In this document: piece by piece, positions 1-7,287 of the stretch
Layout: each line of letters begins with the position of its first letter
How positions within the stretch are numbered: position 1 is the stretch's first letter
DNA from: Saprospira sp.
GTDB lineage: Bacteria; Bacteroidota; Bacteroidia; Chitinophagales; Saprospiraceae
DNA: 13,899 nucleotides
Direction of reading: 5' to 3'
NCBI GenBank assembly: GCA_044379045.1
Contig: JBIPOO010000093.1
Span: 1-13,899 of the forward strand
Position numbers and translations under genes: made by a program
Notes under the pieces: model-generated
What the model was told of the DNA's origin: nothing
Databases searched by the model: none
What the model saw: the letters and a program-made list of their open reading frames with translations, nothing else

Positions 1-212
1 AATCCTCCGATTTCAACGGTAAAATTTACTGATATGCTTTGTTGAGATGAACTTGGCGCCGGCGACATTTTGAAAATCTTACCATTGATCAGTTCCACCA
101 TGCCGTCAAAGGTCCATTGCAGATAATCTGCATAGTTGTAGTTGCCAGCAATGTCCGGCTCTTCTACTTTCATCGACTTAACTTCATTTTTATATTCTTT
201 GGGTGTCTCCAT
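1..212 (-). CDS. Uma2-family (DUF820, PD-(D/E)xK-like) endonuclease. Only the N-terminal ~70 aa are present; the gene continues past the window start.
   Basis: The reverse strand reads from ATG at 212..210: METPKEYKNEVKSMKVEEPDIAGNYNYADYLQWTFDGMVELINGKIFKMSPAPSSSQQSISVNFTVEIGG. The Y-x-Y-A-D-Y-L ... ELI-x-G ... MSPAP-S ... pattern is the characteristic N-terminal signature of Uma2/DUF820 proteins. The ORF is open to the window edge. The ORF track missed it because it runs off the window. Confidence 0.6.
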   Translation of the reverse strand, partial: METPKEYKNEVKSMKVEEPDIAGNYNYADYLQWTFDGMVELINGKIFKMSPAPSSSQQSISVNFTVEIGG

Positions 213-325
213 ACTGCCAAATCATTTATTTATCTTTCAAATTTGCAAAAAGCGAATATACAGCATTTAATTCGTAAAATCAAGTCTATTTTCAACTTTT
301 CAGCACTTTTATTCCATTTGATATG

Positions 326-360
326 TATAAAAAAACACCGGATTTTATGAACCCGGTGTC
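326..360 (-). terminator. Intrinsic terminator of the MVP-like gene.
   Basis: Stem aacaccgg (335-341) pairs with ccggtgt (353-359) around an 11-nt loop. An A-run at 326-335 on the + strand gives a U-run after the hairpin on the - strand. It lies just 3' of the MVP stop at 382. Confidence 0.6.
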
Positions 361-381
361 TTTAAAAATATAGAAATAATG

Positions 382-2865
382 CTATTCTGCTTTCTCAGCT
401 GCATTTAGTCTCAGCACCTTTTCCAGCTGTGTTCCCTGTAATAAATTGGCAAAGACTTCGACAATGCTCTTTCCACCTATGATAGAGAGCGGCGCCATAG
501 TTTCGGCCATTTTTTCTGCAAGTGCTTTATCTCCAAAGGCTTGCAGTGCAGCAATCAGGTCAGGACTTACTGCCTCGGCCTTATTCACCACAGCATCAAC
601 CTGAGCCTGCAGTTCACGCAAACGCTGTTCCATGAGTTTTTCAGAAATCAACAGCTGTAGTTCCTGTGTTTCCTTATCTTTCGATAATTTCAGCCTGTTA
701 ATTTCGAGTTGTCGGCTCTGCTCGTCTAAAACCTTAGCCAATTGCTCCTGCTGTACCTTAAGTTCGGCATTCAATTTAGTAAGATTGAGCTCCAATTGCT
801 TTTCCTGTTCACTTTTTTCAAGTTCGATTCCGTATTTCTTGGTCAAGGACTTTGTCTCGGAAATTTCTCTGGAAATCTGTTCAGACTTTACTGTGTAAAC
901 CAAGTCCTTTTCTTTGCTCGTAAGATCCAGATTTTTACGAATTTCTTCATGTTTAGCCTCGAAGAGCAGATTTTGAATGTCCAGATTCTGAATTTCAATA
1001 TCCAACACTTCTACCTCATAAACATGCATGCCATTCTCGGGGAAAAGCCAGCCTAGACGGCCATTTTCGGCATCCTTTTTTGGACCAAGGATAATATCGC
1101 GCATGATACTGATTCCATTTGCATAAAATTCAGATACAGAATATTGTTTCAAAGCATTTCGAACAACAGAGCGCAAATGATCAGTCAGAAATTTTACATA
1201 GTTCTCAACATTGAACCACTTTTCGGGTTCACCCGTGAAATTTACCCGATAAGACATTTTTATATCGATGTTACAAAAGTCCTTAGTTTCGGCACTAACT
1301 ATATCCGACACCTTGTTGTTCAATGACCTCAAATACACAGTATTAAAGAGTTTGTTATCATTTTTTGGAGTTCCTGTAGATAACTCAATCGGCTGCAATA
1401 CTTCATCATATTCCAAAAGATATGTTGCCGGACCCACTACCACTTTTCGCTCCCCGGTTTTGCTTGTTACAAGCACAGCATAGCCTGTCCACACATCAAT
1501 CGTAACAGCACCTTCGTACTTATTATTCAGCGTAATGGTTCTAGGCTTTGTAAAACTGGTACTTCTCGAAAAGCTGCTGCCAACGATTCCCTCAAAAGCA
1601 TTTTCATCATTTTCTTTCAAATTGACATCCAATATAGCCGGACTTTGAGAAAGTTTCAAGCTTTCTTCCTTGCTGCGGGTTTCCTGCTGTCTTTCAGATA
1701 TTTCCTGAAGTTTTAAGTTGTATTGAACTGCCTCCTCGTTGCCTGGGAACCAAAGCCTTACCTGTTTTGGACTCAAAACCCTGCGCACGATAACTTCCTC
1801 GCGGGGGTCAGGCAGGAACATACTGGGGCCTTGTTTTAGTGCAATTTTACCACTATTTCTGTTAAGGTAATATCTTCCTTCGCCTGGAGGAATGGCCACC
1901 GCATAGTAAATATCCTGCTCGCCGTATTTTATCAAAGCATGCTCAGGGCGCGGAAAATAAATCATCTGTTCCTTGCCAGTGATAAAAAGCTCATCGCCAA
2001 CCTTGAATTGCTTACCATTTTCTTCGTAGGGTGCAATGATTTTTACATAAATACCGCTGTTTTCATTCAGTTCGATAGCTTTGAACTTGCGTGTTCCATT
2101 CTTTTCGACAAATTTCTCTGTTGGATTTGGGAAAACTACTGCCGGACCCTGAATATAACGTTTATTTCCATCTTCATCCAAAAGTATACAGTATTCCAGA
2201 CGCTCAAGCGTAACTGCCTTTCTGACATATTCAAGACTTTTTTCGTCCTTAACAACTTCAATACCGGTAGGCGGAATGTAAAATGAAACGTCTGTACCTT
2301 TTATGATGAGCAACTGCCCCATCGTGAGTTTACTTGCATCTATGGTATCGATATCCAGATTATTATTGTTGTCTTCAATCCCTTCGGGATTTGTCAATTG
2401 AGGAGTGATGACAGCATTTGCCCAATGCTCTCTTGCCTGTTGCTCCTCGTACACACGAACCGTCAGGTACTCATTCGAGCGCAGAAAGTGACCCTCAATC
2501 ACCTCAGCCATCTGACCGGGCCAGAGTGCAAAAAATGCTGGTCCGGGAAGATTTACCTTGCGTCCAATATTTAAAGACAACAATTGATTCGATGTGCCAA
2601 TTTGTGGCGGCTTTCCATCATTCGATGGATTTTTCAGAATGATGTACCAACCCTCGGGGCAGGCAATAAAGGTTTGAATGGATTTTTCTAAATCACAGAT
2701 TTCAAACATCTTTGATTTTTTGTTGAAATACACCGGCTTATCGGTGTTGGCCATACTGGTTTTGTAAGGTCCGACATAGGTAATTACATTACCCTTTGTC
2801 TGGTCTGATATAAAGGCAAACTCATTGGGAGCCAATACCAGATCGCGTTCTCTGTTTTCTGCCAT
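382..2865 (-). CDS. Major vault protein (MVP) homolog, 827 aa, with repeat domains, a shoulder domain, a cap-helix coiled coil and a cap ring.
   Basis: The N-terminus LVLAPNEFAFISDQTKGNVITYVGPYKTSMANTDKPVYF parallels the eukaryotic MVP start [38 protein letters not shown]. Repeat-domain motifs recur, for example KVGDELFITGKEQMIYFPRPEHAL versus the MVP AGDEWLFEGPGTYIPxKEVEVVE, and NENSGIYVKII versus NEGIYVQDVKTGK. The C-terminal third is a long E/Q/K/L-rich coiled coil, about aa 650-780 at coordinates ~528-918. It is followed by IAALQAFGDKALAEKMAETMAPLSIIGGKSIVEVFANLLQG, which mirrors the MVP cap-helix and cap-ring tail [44 protein letters not shown]. The size is close to eukaryotic MVP (~860-890 aa). 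Confidence 0.85.
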   Translation of the reverse strand: MAENRERDLVLAPNEFAFISDQTKGNVITYVGPYKTSMANTDKPVYFNKKSKMFEICDLEKSIQTFIACPEGWYIILKNPSNDGKPPQIGTSNQLLSLNIGRKVNLPGPAFFALWPGQMAEVIEGHFLRSNEYLTVRVYEEQQAREHWANAVITPQLTNPEGIEDNNNNLDIDTIDASKLTMGQLLIIKGTDVSFYIPPTGIEVVKDEKSLEYVRKAVTLERLEYCILLDEDGNKRYIQGPAVVFPNPTEKFVEKNGTRKFKAIELNENSGIYVKIIAPYEENGKQFKVGDELFITGKEQMIYFPRPEHALIKYGEQDIYYAVAIPPGEGRYYLNRNSGKIALKQGPSMFLPDPREEVIVRRVLSPKQVRLWFPGNEEAVQYNLKLQEISERQQETRSKEESLKLSQSPAILDVNLKENDENAFEGIVGSSFSRSTSFTKPRTITLNNKYEGAVTIDVWTGYAVLVTSKTGERKVVVGPATYLLEYDEVLQPIELSTGTPKNDNKLFNTVYLRSLNNKVSDIVSAETKDFCNIDIKMSYRVNFTGEPEKWFNVENYVKFLTDHLRSVVRNALKQYSVSEFYANGISIMRDIILGPKKDAENGRLGWLFPENGMHVYEVEVLDIEIQNLDIQNLLFEAKHEEIRKNLDLTSKEKDLVYTVKSEQISREISETKSLTKKYGIELEKSEQEKQLELNLTKLNAELKVQQEQLAKVLDEQSRQLEINRLKLSKDKETQELQLLISEKLMEQRLRELQAQVDAVVNKAEAVSPDLIAALQAFGDKALAEKMAETMAPLSIIGGKSIVEVFANLLQGTQLEKVLRLNAAEKAE

Positions 2866-3137
2866 GGTAAATTTATTAGTGGTGTAAAATACTTTGTTTG
2901 TTTTGTAAACTAAGTTAGTTCACTTCCTAAACTAAGCTGCCGCTTTTAAAGTTCCTCAAAATGCAATTTTTTTTGAATGCTATTTATAATAAAAACGTTC
3001 TTGGTCTACAGTTATATAGCATCTTTATTCAGGTCTGAAAGCTGCTGAATTTTAATTTCATTTTTCGTTTTAATGTCTAATAGCTATATTGCAGTCTGTT
3101 TAAAGCAATTTCAAAATCAAATGAAACCCTTATCTTG

Positions 3138-3920
3138 ATGAAAGTCCTGATTGTAATATTCTTTCTACTTCTATCTTTCAATTTATCTGCACAAATGCCC
3201 TACAGCGATGAGGTTCACCTCAAAAATGGGAGTGTTTTAAAATGTAAAATCATCGAATTTAAAACTGAAGAGAAAATAAAACTCGAAATTCAGGGTGGAA
3301 GCGTTTTGGTATACAATTCTTCTGAAATTGACAAAATTAACAGAGGAATAGGAGCGGAGCGCAAAGATGAAATTAGTAAAGGGCATTTCTATACTGATGA
3401 GTTGTATTTTGCAGCATTTTTTAACTTCATAGGTGGGTATAGAGAGGCTGCTTCCTGGTCTGGAGCTCAGGATATTCCTACACTTGGCTGTGGTCTGAAA
3501 TTCAGTGGAGGGAAGGCAATCAACAGGCATCTGATGCTAGGAGGGGGCATAGGCTGGTCCTACATGCACAATTATTTTATGTACTCGGCTCATTTTCCTG
3601 TTTTCGCCGAAATAAGAGGCGATATCCTAAAAAAATCTAATTCATTATACTATGCTTTTGGGCTAGGCTATAACATCGCTAAGCAAAGAAATGCGATGTC
3701 ATGGATAGGGACCACAATGATTGAGGCAAAGGGTGGAATTTATCTGAATCCAGCCATCGGTTTACGATTTGCTTCCAAAAGCAAAAAACATTTTTGTTTA
3801 GAGCTGAATTATGGTATTCACACTGCATCTTACAGCTATACAGGCACTAATGGCGAAATTATTGGGCCTACCAATAATGTTTTCATAAGACCAACCCTGG
3901 CTTTGGGAATGCTTTTTTAG
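3138..3920 (+). CDS. Hypothetical outer-membrane beta-barrel protein with a signal peptide.
   Basis: The ORF opens at TTG 3135 and the first ATG is at 3138. The N-terminus MKVLIVIFFLLLSFNLSAQ is a typical Bacteroidetes signal peptide. The Gly/aromatic-rich body has alternating-hydrophobic strands, and the protein ends in ...LALGMLF with a C-terminal Phe, as in OM beta-barrels. The N-terminal ~60 aa (VHLKNGSVLKCKIIEFKTEEKIKLEIQGG) look like a small separate plug or periplasmic domain. I recognise no specific family. Confidence 0.55.
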   Translation: MKVLIVIFFLLLSFNLSAQMPYSDEVHLKNGSVLKCKIIEFKTEEKIKLEIQGGSVLVYNSSEIDKINRGIGAERKDEISKGHFYTDELYFAAFFNFIGGYREAASWSGAQDIPTLGCGLKFSGGKAINRHLMLGGGIGWSYMHNYFMYSAHFPVFAEIRGDILKKSNSLYYAFGLGYNIAKQRNAMSWIGTTMIEAKGGIYLNPAIGLRFASKSKKHFCLELNYGIHTASYSYTGTNGEIIGPTNNVFIRPTLALGMLF

Positions 3921-3972
3921 TCTTTCTACTAATTTATTTAAGTAAATTTATTGTAAAATAATAAAACTGTAT

Positions 3973-3980
3973 TATCTTTG
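3973..3980 (+). promoter_or_regulatory. Bacteroidetes sigma-A -7 box (TATCTTTG) driving the SRP RNA.
   Basis: It matches TAnnTTTG. A TTG (-33-like, within tttaTTG) sits 19 nt upstream at 3951-3953. The predicted TSS at ~3985-3987 coincides with the 5' arm of the SRP RNA helix. Confidence 0.45.
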
Positions 3981-3983
3981 CAG

Positions 3984-4078
3984 CGGAGCCGCTGTACGTG
4001 CAGCTCCTGTGAACCTCCCCAGGTCGGAAACGAAGCAAGGATAAACGGTTGTAGCGCTCGGTACGGTTGGCTCCTTTT
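3984..4078 (+). ncRNA. ffs: Signal recognition particle RNA (small bacterial 4.5S type, ffs).
   Basis: CCCCAGGUCGGAAACGAAGCAAGGAUAAACGG matches the conserved domain-IV core of 4.5S RNA (CAGGUCCGGAAGGAAGCAGCCAAGGCAG). The 5' GGAGCC (3985-3990) pairs with the 3' GGCUCC (4069-4074), closing a ~95-nt hairpin-type molecule. It has a promoter box immediately upstream and a T-run with a terminator hairpin immediately downstream. No ORF covers the region. Confidence 0.75.
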
Positions 4079-4100
4079 TTAAGGAGCCATTTGTTTTTTT
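4069..4100 (+). terminator. Intrinsic terminator after the SRP RNA.
   Basis: ggctcc (4069-4074), ttttttaa, ggagcc (4083-4088), then atttgttttttt. Alternatively the 3' arm of the SRP helix is followed by the T-runs. Confidence 0.5.
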
Positions 4101-4189
4101 ATAAGAATGCTTTAAGTGGCAACATTTTCTTTTCCTTACTCAGTTTTAATAAACATAAGCCAAATTATTGCGAAATAATTTAAACTTAG

Positions 4190-4197
4190 TAGTTTTG
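4190..4197 (+). promoter_or_regulatory. Candidate -7 box (TAGTTTTG) for the glutaryl-CoA dehydrogenase gene.
   Basis: It matches TAnnTTTG with ATTG at 4167-4170, 19 nt upstream. It lies ~75 nt upstream of ATG 4273. Confidence 0.35.
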
Positions 4198-4272
4198 CGC
4201 TGTGTTTTATAAATGCCTCAATTACACAAGGGCAAATATTACAAATTCAAAATTTAAACATCAAATTCGGTT

Positions 4273-5490
4273 ATGCAAAACGAAGAACTCCTGGCTTCCA
4301 TCAAGAGAGTTGCCAAACAGGACAGATTTCAGGGTCATGATTATTACAACATGGATGAACTCTTAACTGACGAACAGAAAATGGCCCGCGATGCCGTTCG
4401 TGATTTTGTGCGTCAGGAAGTATCCCCAATTATCGAGGACTGCTACGAGAGAGCTATTTATCCAAGGCATCTTGTAAAAGGTTTGGCTGATTTGGGTGCC
4501 TTTGGTCCAAGTCTGCCGCAGAAATATGGCTGTGCAGGCACTGATGAAACAACCTATGGTCTAATGATGCAGGAACTCGAAAGGGGAGACTCTGGCGTGC
4601 GCTCTGCAGCTTCTGTTCAAGGTTCTTTGGTGATGTACCCAATTTATAAATTTGGAACCGAAGAGCAACGTATGAAATATCTGCCCAAACTTGCTTCGGG
4701 CGAATTCATCGGCTGTTTTGGCCTCACTGAACCAGATCACGGTTCCGATCCCGGAGCTATGATTACCAATATCAAGGACGATGGTGATGCCTATATCCTT
4801 AATGGTGCCAAAATGTGGATTACCAATTCACCAATTGCAGATGTTGCGGTTGTTTGGGCCAAAGACGAAGCAGGAATCATCCGCGGAATTATTGTCGATA
4901 TGGATACTAAAGGTGTAAGTGCCCCCGAAATTCACGGTAAACTTTCACTGAGAGCTTCAATCACGGGCGAGCTTGTGTTTGAAGATGCAAGAATTCCAAA
5001 ATCACAGTTATTGCCAAACGTACAAGGCCTCAAAGGTCCGCTTTCATGTCTAAGCAAAGCCCGTTATGGTATTGCCTGGGGTGCAATTGGAGCGGCTATG
5101 GATTGTTACGATTCTGCGCTGCGTTATTCGCTCGAGCGTGAACAGTTTGGCAAGCCTTTGGCTGGTTTCCAGCTTACACAGAAAAAACTAGCCGAGATGA
5201 TTACCGAAATCACCAAAGCGCAGTTGCTTACATGGAGACTCGGTACCCTAATGGATGCTGGCAAAGCAACACCTGCTCAGGTTTCGATGGCAAAAAGAAA
5301 CAATGTGCACATGGCTTTGACGATTGCCCGCGAAGCTCGTCAAATTCATGGTGGTATGGGAATCACGAATGAGTACCCAATCATGCGTCACATGATGAAT
5401 CTCGAAACGGTACTTACCTACGAAGGTACACACGATATTCACCTGCTTATTACAGGTATGGATGTGACTGGTTTGAACGCTTTCAAATAA
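4273..5490 (+). CDS. gcdH: Glutaryl-CoA dehydrogenase (acyl-CoA dehydrogenase family).
   Basis: The 405-aa product carries the ACAD motifs [80 protein letters not shown] and the ending TGLNAFK. These are near-collinear with human GCDH ([17 protein letters not shown] ... [12 protein letters not shown] ... [27 protein letters not shown] ... [39 protein letters not shown]). Confidence 0.9.
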   Translation: [405 protein letters not shown]

Positions 5491-5518
5491 ATAAAAAATT
5501 ACTAGCTGATAGAGAATA

Positions 5519-5550
5519 GGGGGCTGCCATTTGGTTGCCCCTTTTTAAAT
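5519..5550 (+). terminator. Intrinsic terminator of gcdH.
   Basis: gggggctgcc atttggtt gcccc then ttttt, a GC stem GGGGC/GCCCC plus a T-run, 30 nt after the stop. Confidence 0.6.
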
Positions 5551-5667
5551 GAACTAGTGTAGTGATTTGTTAATTGGTAAACTTTTTATTTGGTCTGCTT
5601 TTTTTTCTTTCTTACTTTTTTCATGATAAAAAAGTAACAAAAAATCTAGTCCTCAGCAAGGCGTTTT

Positions 5668-5855
5668 TGGGTCTTAAGCCATAGTAATTCAATGGTTTAT
5701 TTGCAAGGAACCCAAAACCGGAAGCAGCATCTGTAACCTGAGTTTATTACTCCTCAACATTTATCCATAATTAAAACAATACCATTGCCAGCCGATGCTG
5801 CTTCCATACGCTGGTGCTTCGGACTTGTGACGCGGTGCCTTCGGCGCATTTTTCC
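5668..5855 (+). ncRNA. Candidate small structured RNA of unknown class: three hairpins with the last one acting as an intrinsic terminator.
   Basis: Hairpin 1 pairs gtttttgggt (~5671-5680) with acccaaaacc (~5711-5720) across a 30-nt loop. Hairpin 2 is a perfect 12-bp inverted repeat, ggaagcagcatc (5720-5731) and gatgctgcttcc (5794-5805), extended by ca/tg across a 3-nt bulge, with a 62-nt loop. Hairpin 3 pairs gtgcc (5835-5839) with ggcgc (5843-5847) and is followed by atttttcc. It sits in a 550-bp gap between convergent genes that contains no supported CDS. Confidence 0.3.
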
Positions 5856-6037
5856 AAAAGGCTATAGCCTTTGAGTGAAAAAATTGAAAATGTTTGCTTT
5901 TTATCGATTCCTTATACTGGCATTACTAATGATATAATTTCGCTTCGCGGAGCCTTTGGGTTCAATGAAAATACTTCATTCGCCTTGAGGAGTATTCGTG
6001 TACAAAGTTTTTATCAGTTGTGCTTGTGTACTTATAC

Positions 6038-7228
6038 CTATTCCATAAAAAGTTTATCATAAACTTTCAGAATCAGGTAGGCCTCGGCAGCACTTCGGTA
6101 ATATTTATACAGTTGTTTACTATCAGTTTTACTGATCCAGCTGTAGTGCATTTTACTGAGGTCCTGATTTTGTTTCAGATATTTCTTGATTGCCTCGAAA
6201 CTATCTGGTGGATTGTGGTGCATACATGCAGTTAGCCCTGCTATGAATATTCTAAGTATTCTACGCTTCTCGCTATTTGTATCAAAATCTGTAAAAAAGG
6301 CATTGAAATTTTTCAGTAGCCCCTCTGTTTTTAGAATATAGGAAAGTCTTTCCCAATTGCTATAAGCAAACAATACAGCAGCAAGTGCATGGTCTTCAAT
6401 AGTTTTCAGATCGGTTGTTTTTCCGAAAATTTTAAATTTATCTATCAAACGGCTGTTAACCTTTATGTCCTTTAGTGCTATATCGGTAAATTGAAATGGC
6501 CCAAGACTGTGTAAGCCGTCATACCTAGCAGGAAAATAGCAGATAAATTCATAACCTGCTTCCTGAAGCAATCTGTCGAAATAATAAACTTTGAAAATCG
6601 GATTTACATCAACAATCTGTCTCTTTGCAGTCATATGTGTTGGTGGCATCATTTCCTGAATATTATAACCAAGCAAAATATTGGCGGAGAGATTATCGGC
6701 GATTAGATTCATAAATGTAAGCCTTTCGGAACTGTAAAGCCGTTGCATTTCAGCGTGCAGTTTTCGCATCGTATCACAAGCCGGAACGAGCACTGTATTG
6801 CGGTAATTTCTGATATCGCTTTTTGTGGTTTTGTTGTTTCTGAAAAGTTCAATGGCTTCAATCGCAGTAATCATTGCAGATGCTTCAATTTTTCCGCTAT
6901 TGCTTTTTTGCGCATTCCGGGCTTTCGACATCCACATATCATAGATGCCTGCGGCAAAATCAATATTTCCTGTTTTTTTATAAATGCCCAAGGGCAGTGC
7001 AAGGCCTTCCATATCTTTTCTTGAAATGATTTCCCGGTCGACCAGGTCTTTAAGACTCATTTTCGAAAGTCTGCGACTGATATCCTCCTCTGCACTACTA
7101 TTGATAGCGTTGAGCATTTCATCATAGATAGGCGTAGACAGAAGACTGTCGCGTTCATTGCGCTGTGCAAATGAAAAAGAATTGAGGAATATGGTTAAAA
7201 AAAGGCTTATGAAAATTCGGTTTTGCAT
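6038..7228 (-). CDS. Hypothetical secreted protein, 397 aa from Met81 of the track ORF.
   Basis: The track ORF 6038..7468 would overlap the upstream dsbD-like gene by 180 nt. The in-frame ATG at 7228..7226 begins MQNRIFISLFLTIFLNSFSFAQ, a clean signal peptide, so I take it as the true start. I recognise no family. Confidence 0.55.
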   Translation of the reverse strand: MQNRIFISLFLTIFLNSFSFAQRNERDSLLSTPIYDEMLNAINSSAEEDISRRLSKMSLKDLVDREIISRKDMEGLALPLGIYKKTGNIDFAAGIYDMWMSKARNAQKSNSGKIEASAMITAIEAIELFRNNKTTKSDIRNYRNTVLVPACDTMRKLHAEMQRLYSSERLTFMNLIADNLSANILLGYNIQEMMPPTHMTAKRQIVDVNPIFKVYYFDRLLQEAGYEFICYFPARYDGLHSLGPFQFTDIALKDIKVNSRLIDKFKIFGKTTDLKTIEDHALAAVLFAYSNWERLSYILKTEGLLKNFNAFFTDFDTNSEKRRILRIFIAGLTACMHHNPPDSFEAIKKYLKQNQDLSKMHYSWISKTDSKQLYKYYRSAAEAYLILKVYDKLFME

Positions 7229-7240
7229 AATTGAGCATTT

Positions 7241-7275
7241 AAAAAAAAGATGCTGTTTTTCAGGCAGCATCTTTA
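7241..7275 (-). terminator. Intrinsic terminator of the DsbD-like gene.
   Basis: gatgctg (7249-7255) pairs with cagcatc (7265-7271) around a 9-nt loop. The preceding A8 run on the + strand (7241-7248) gives a U-run after the hairpin on the - strand. It lies between the dsbD stop (7288) and the downstream gene start (7228). Confidence 0.6.
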
Positions 7276-7287
7276 AAATATCAATAT

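Noticed and set aside
117-350. 77-aa + strand ORF from the track.
   Set aside because: The sequence is low-complexity and hydrophobic. It lies antisense to the Uma2 endonuclease N-terminus (1..212, -), which has strong family motifs. It also runs through the MVP terminator hairpin at 326-360.
632-1056. + strand ORFs (88 aa, 104 aa) inside the MVP gene.
   Set aside because: They are antisense to the E/Q/K/L-rich cap-helix coiled-coil region. The Ser/Cys/Leu/Phe-rich low-complexity translation is typical of the reverse frame of a coiled coil. The same reasoning applies to 1144..1483, 1939..2286 and 2418..2642.
5871-6235. 63-aa and 71-aa + strand ORFs.
   Set aside because: They have no RBS or promoter context and low-complexity translations. 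The second is antisense to the 3' end of the 397-aa gene. The first lies in the terminator region of the convergent gene pair.
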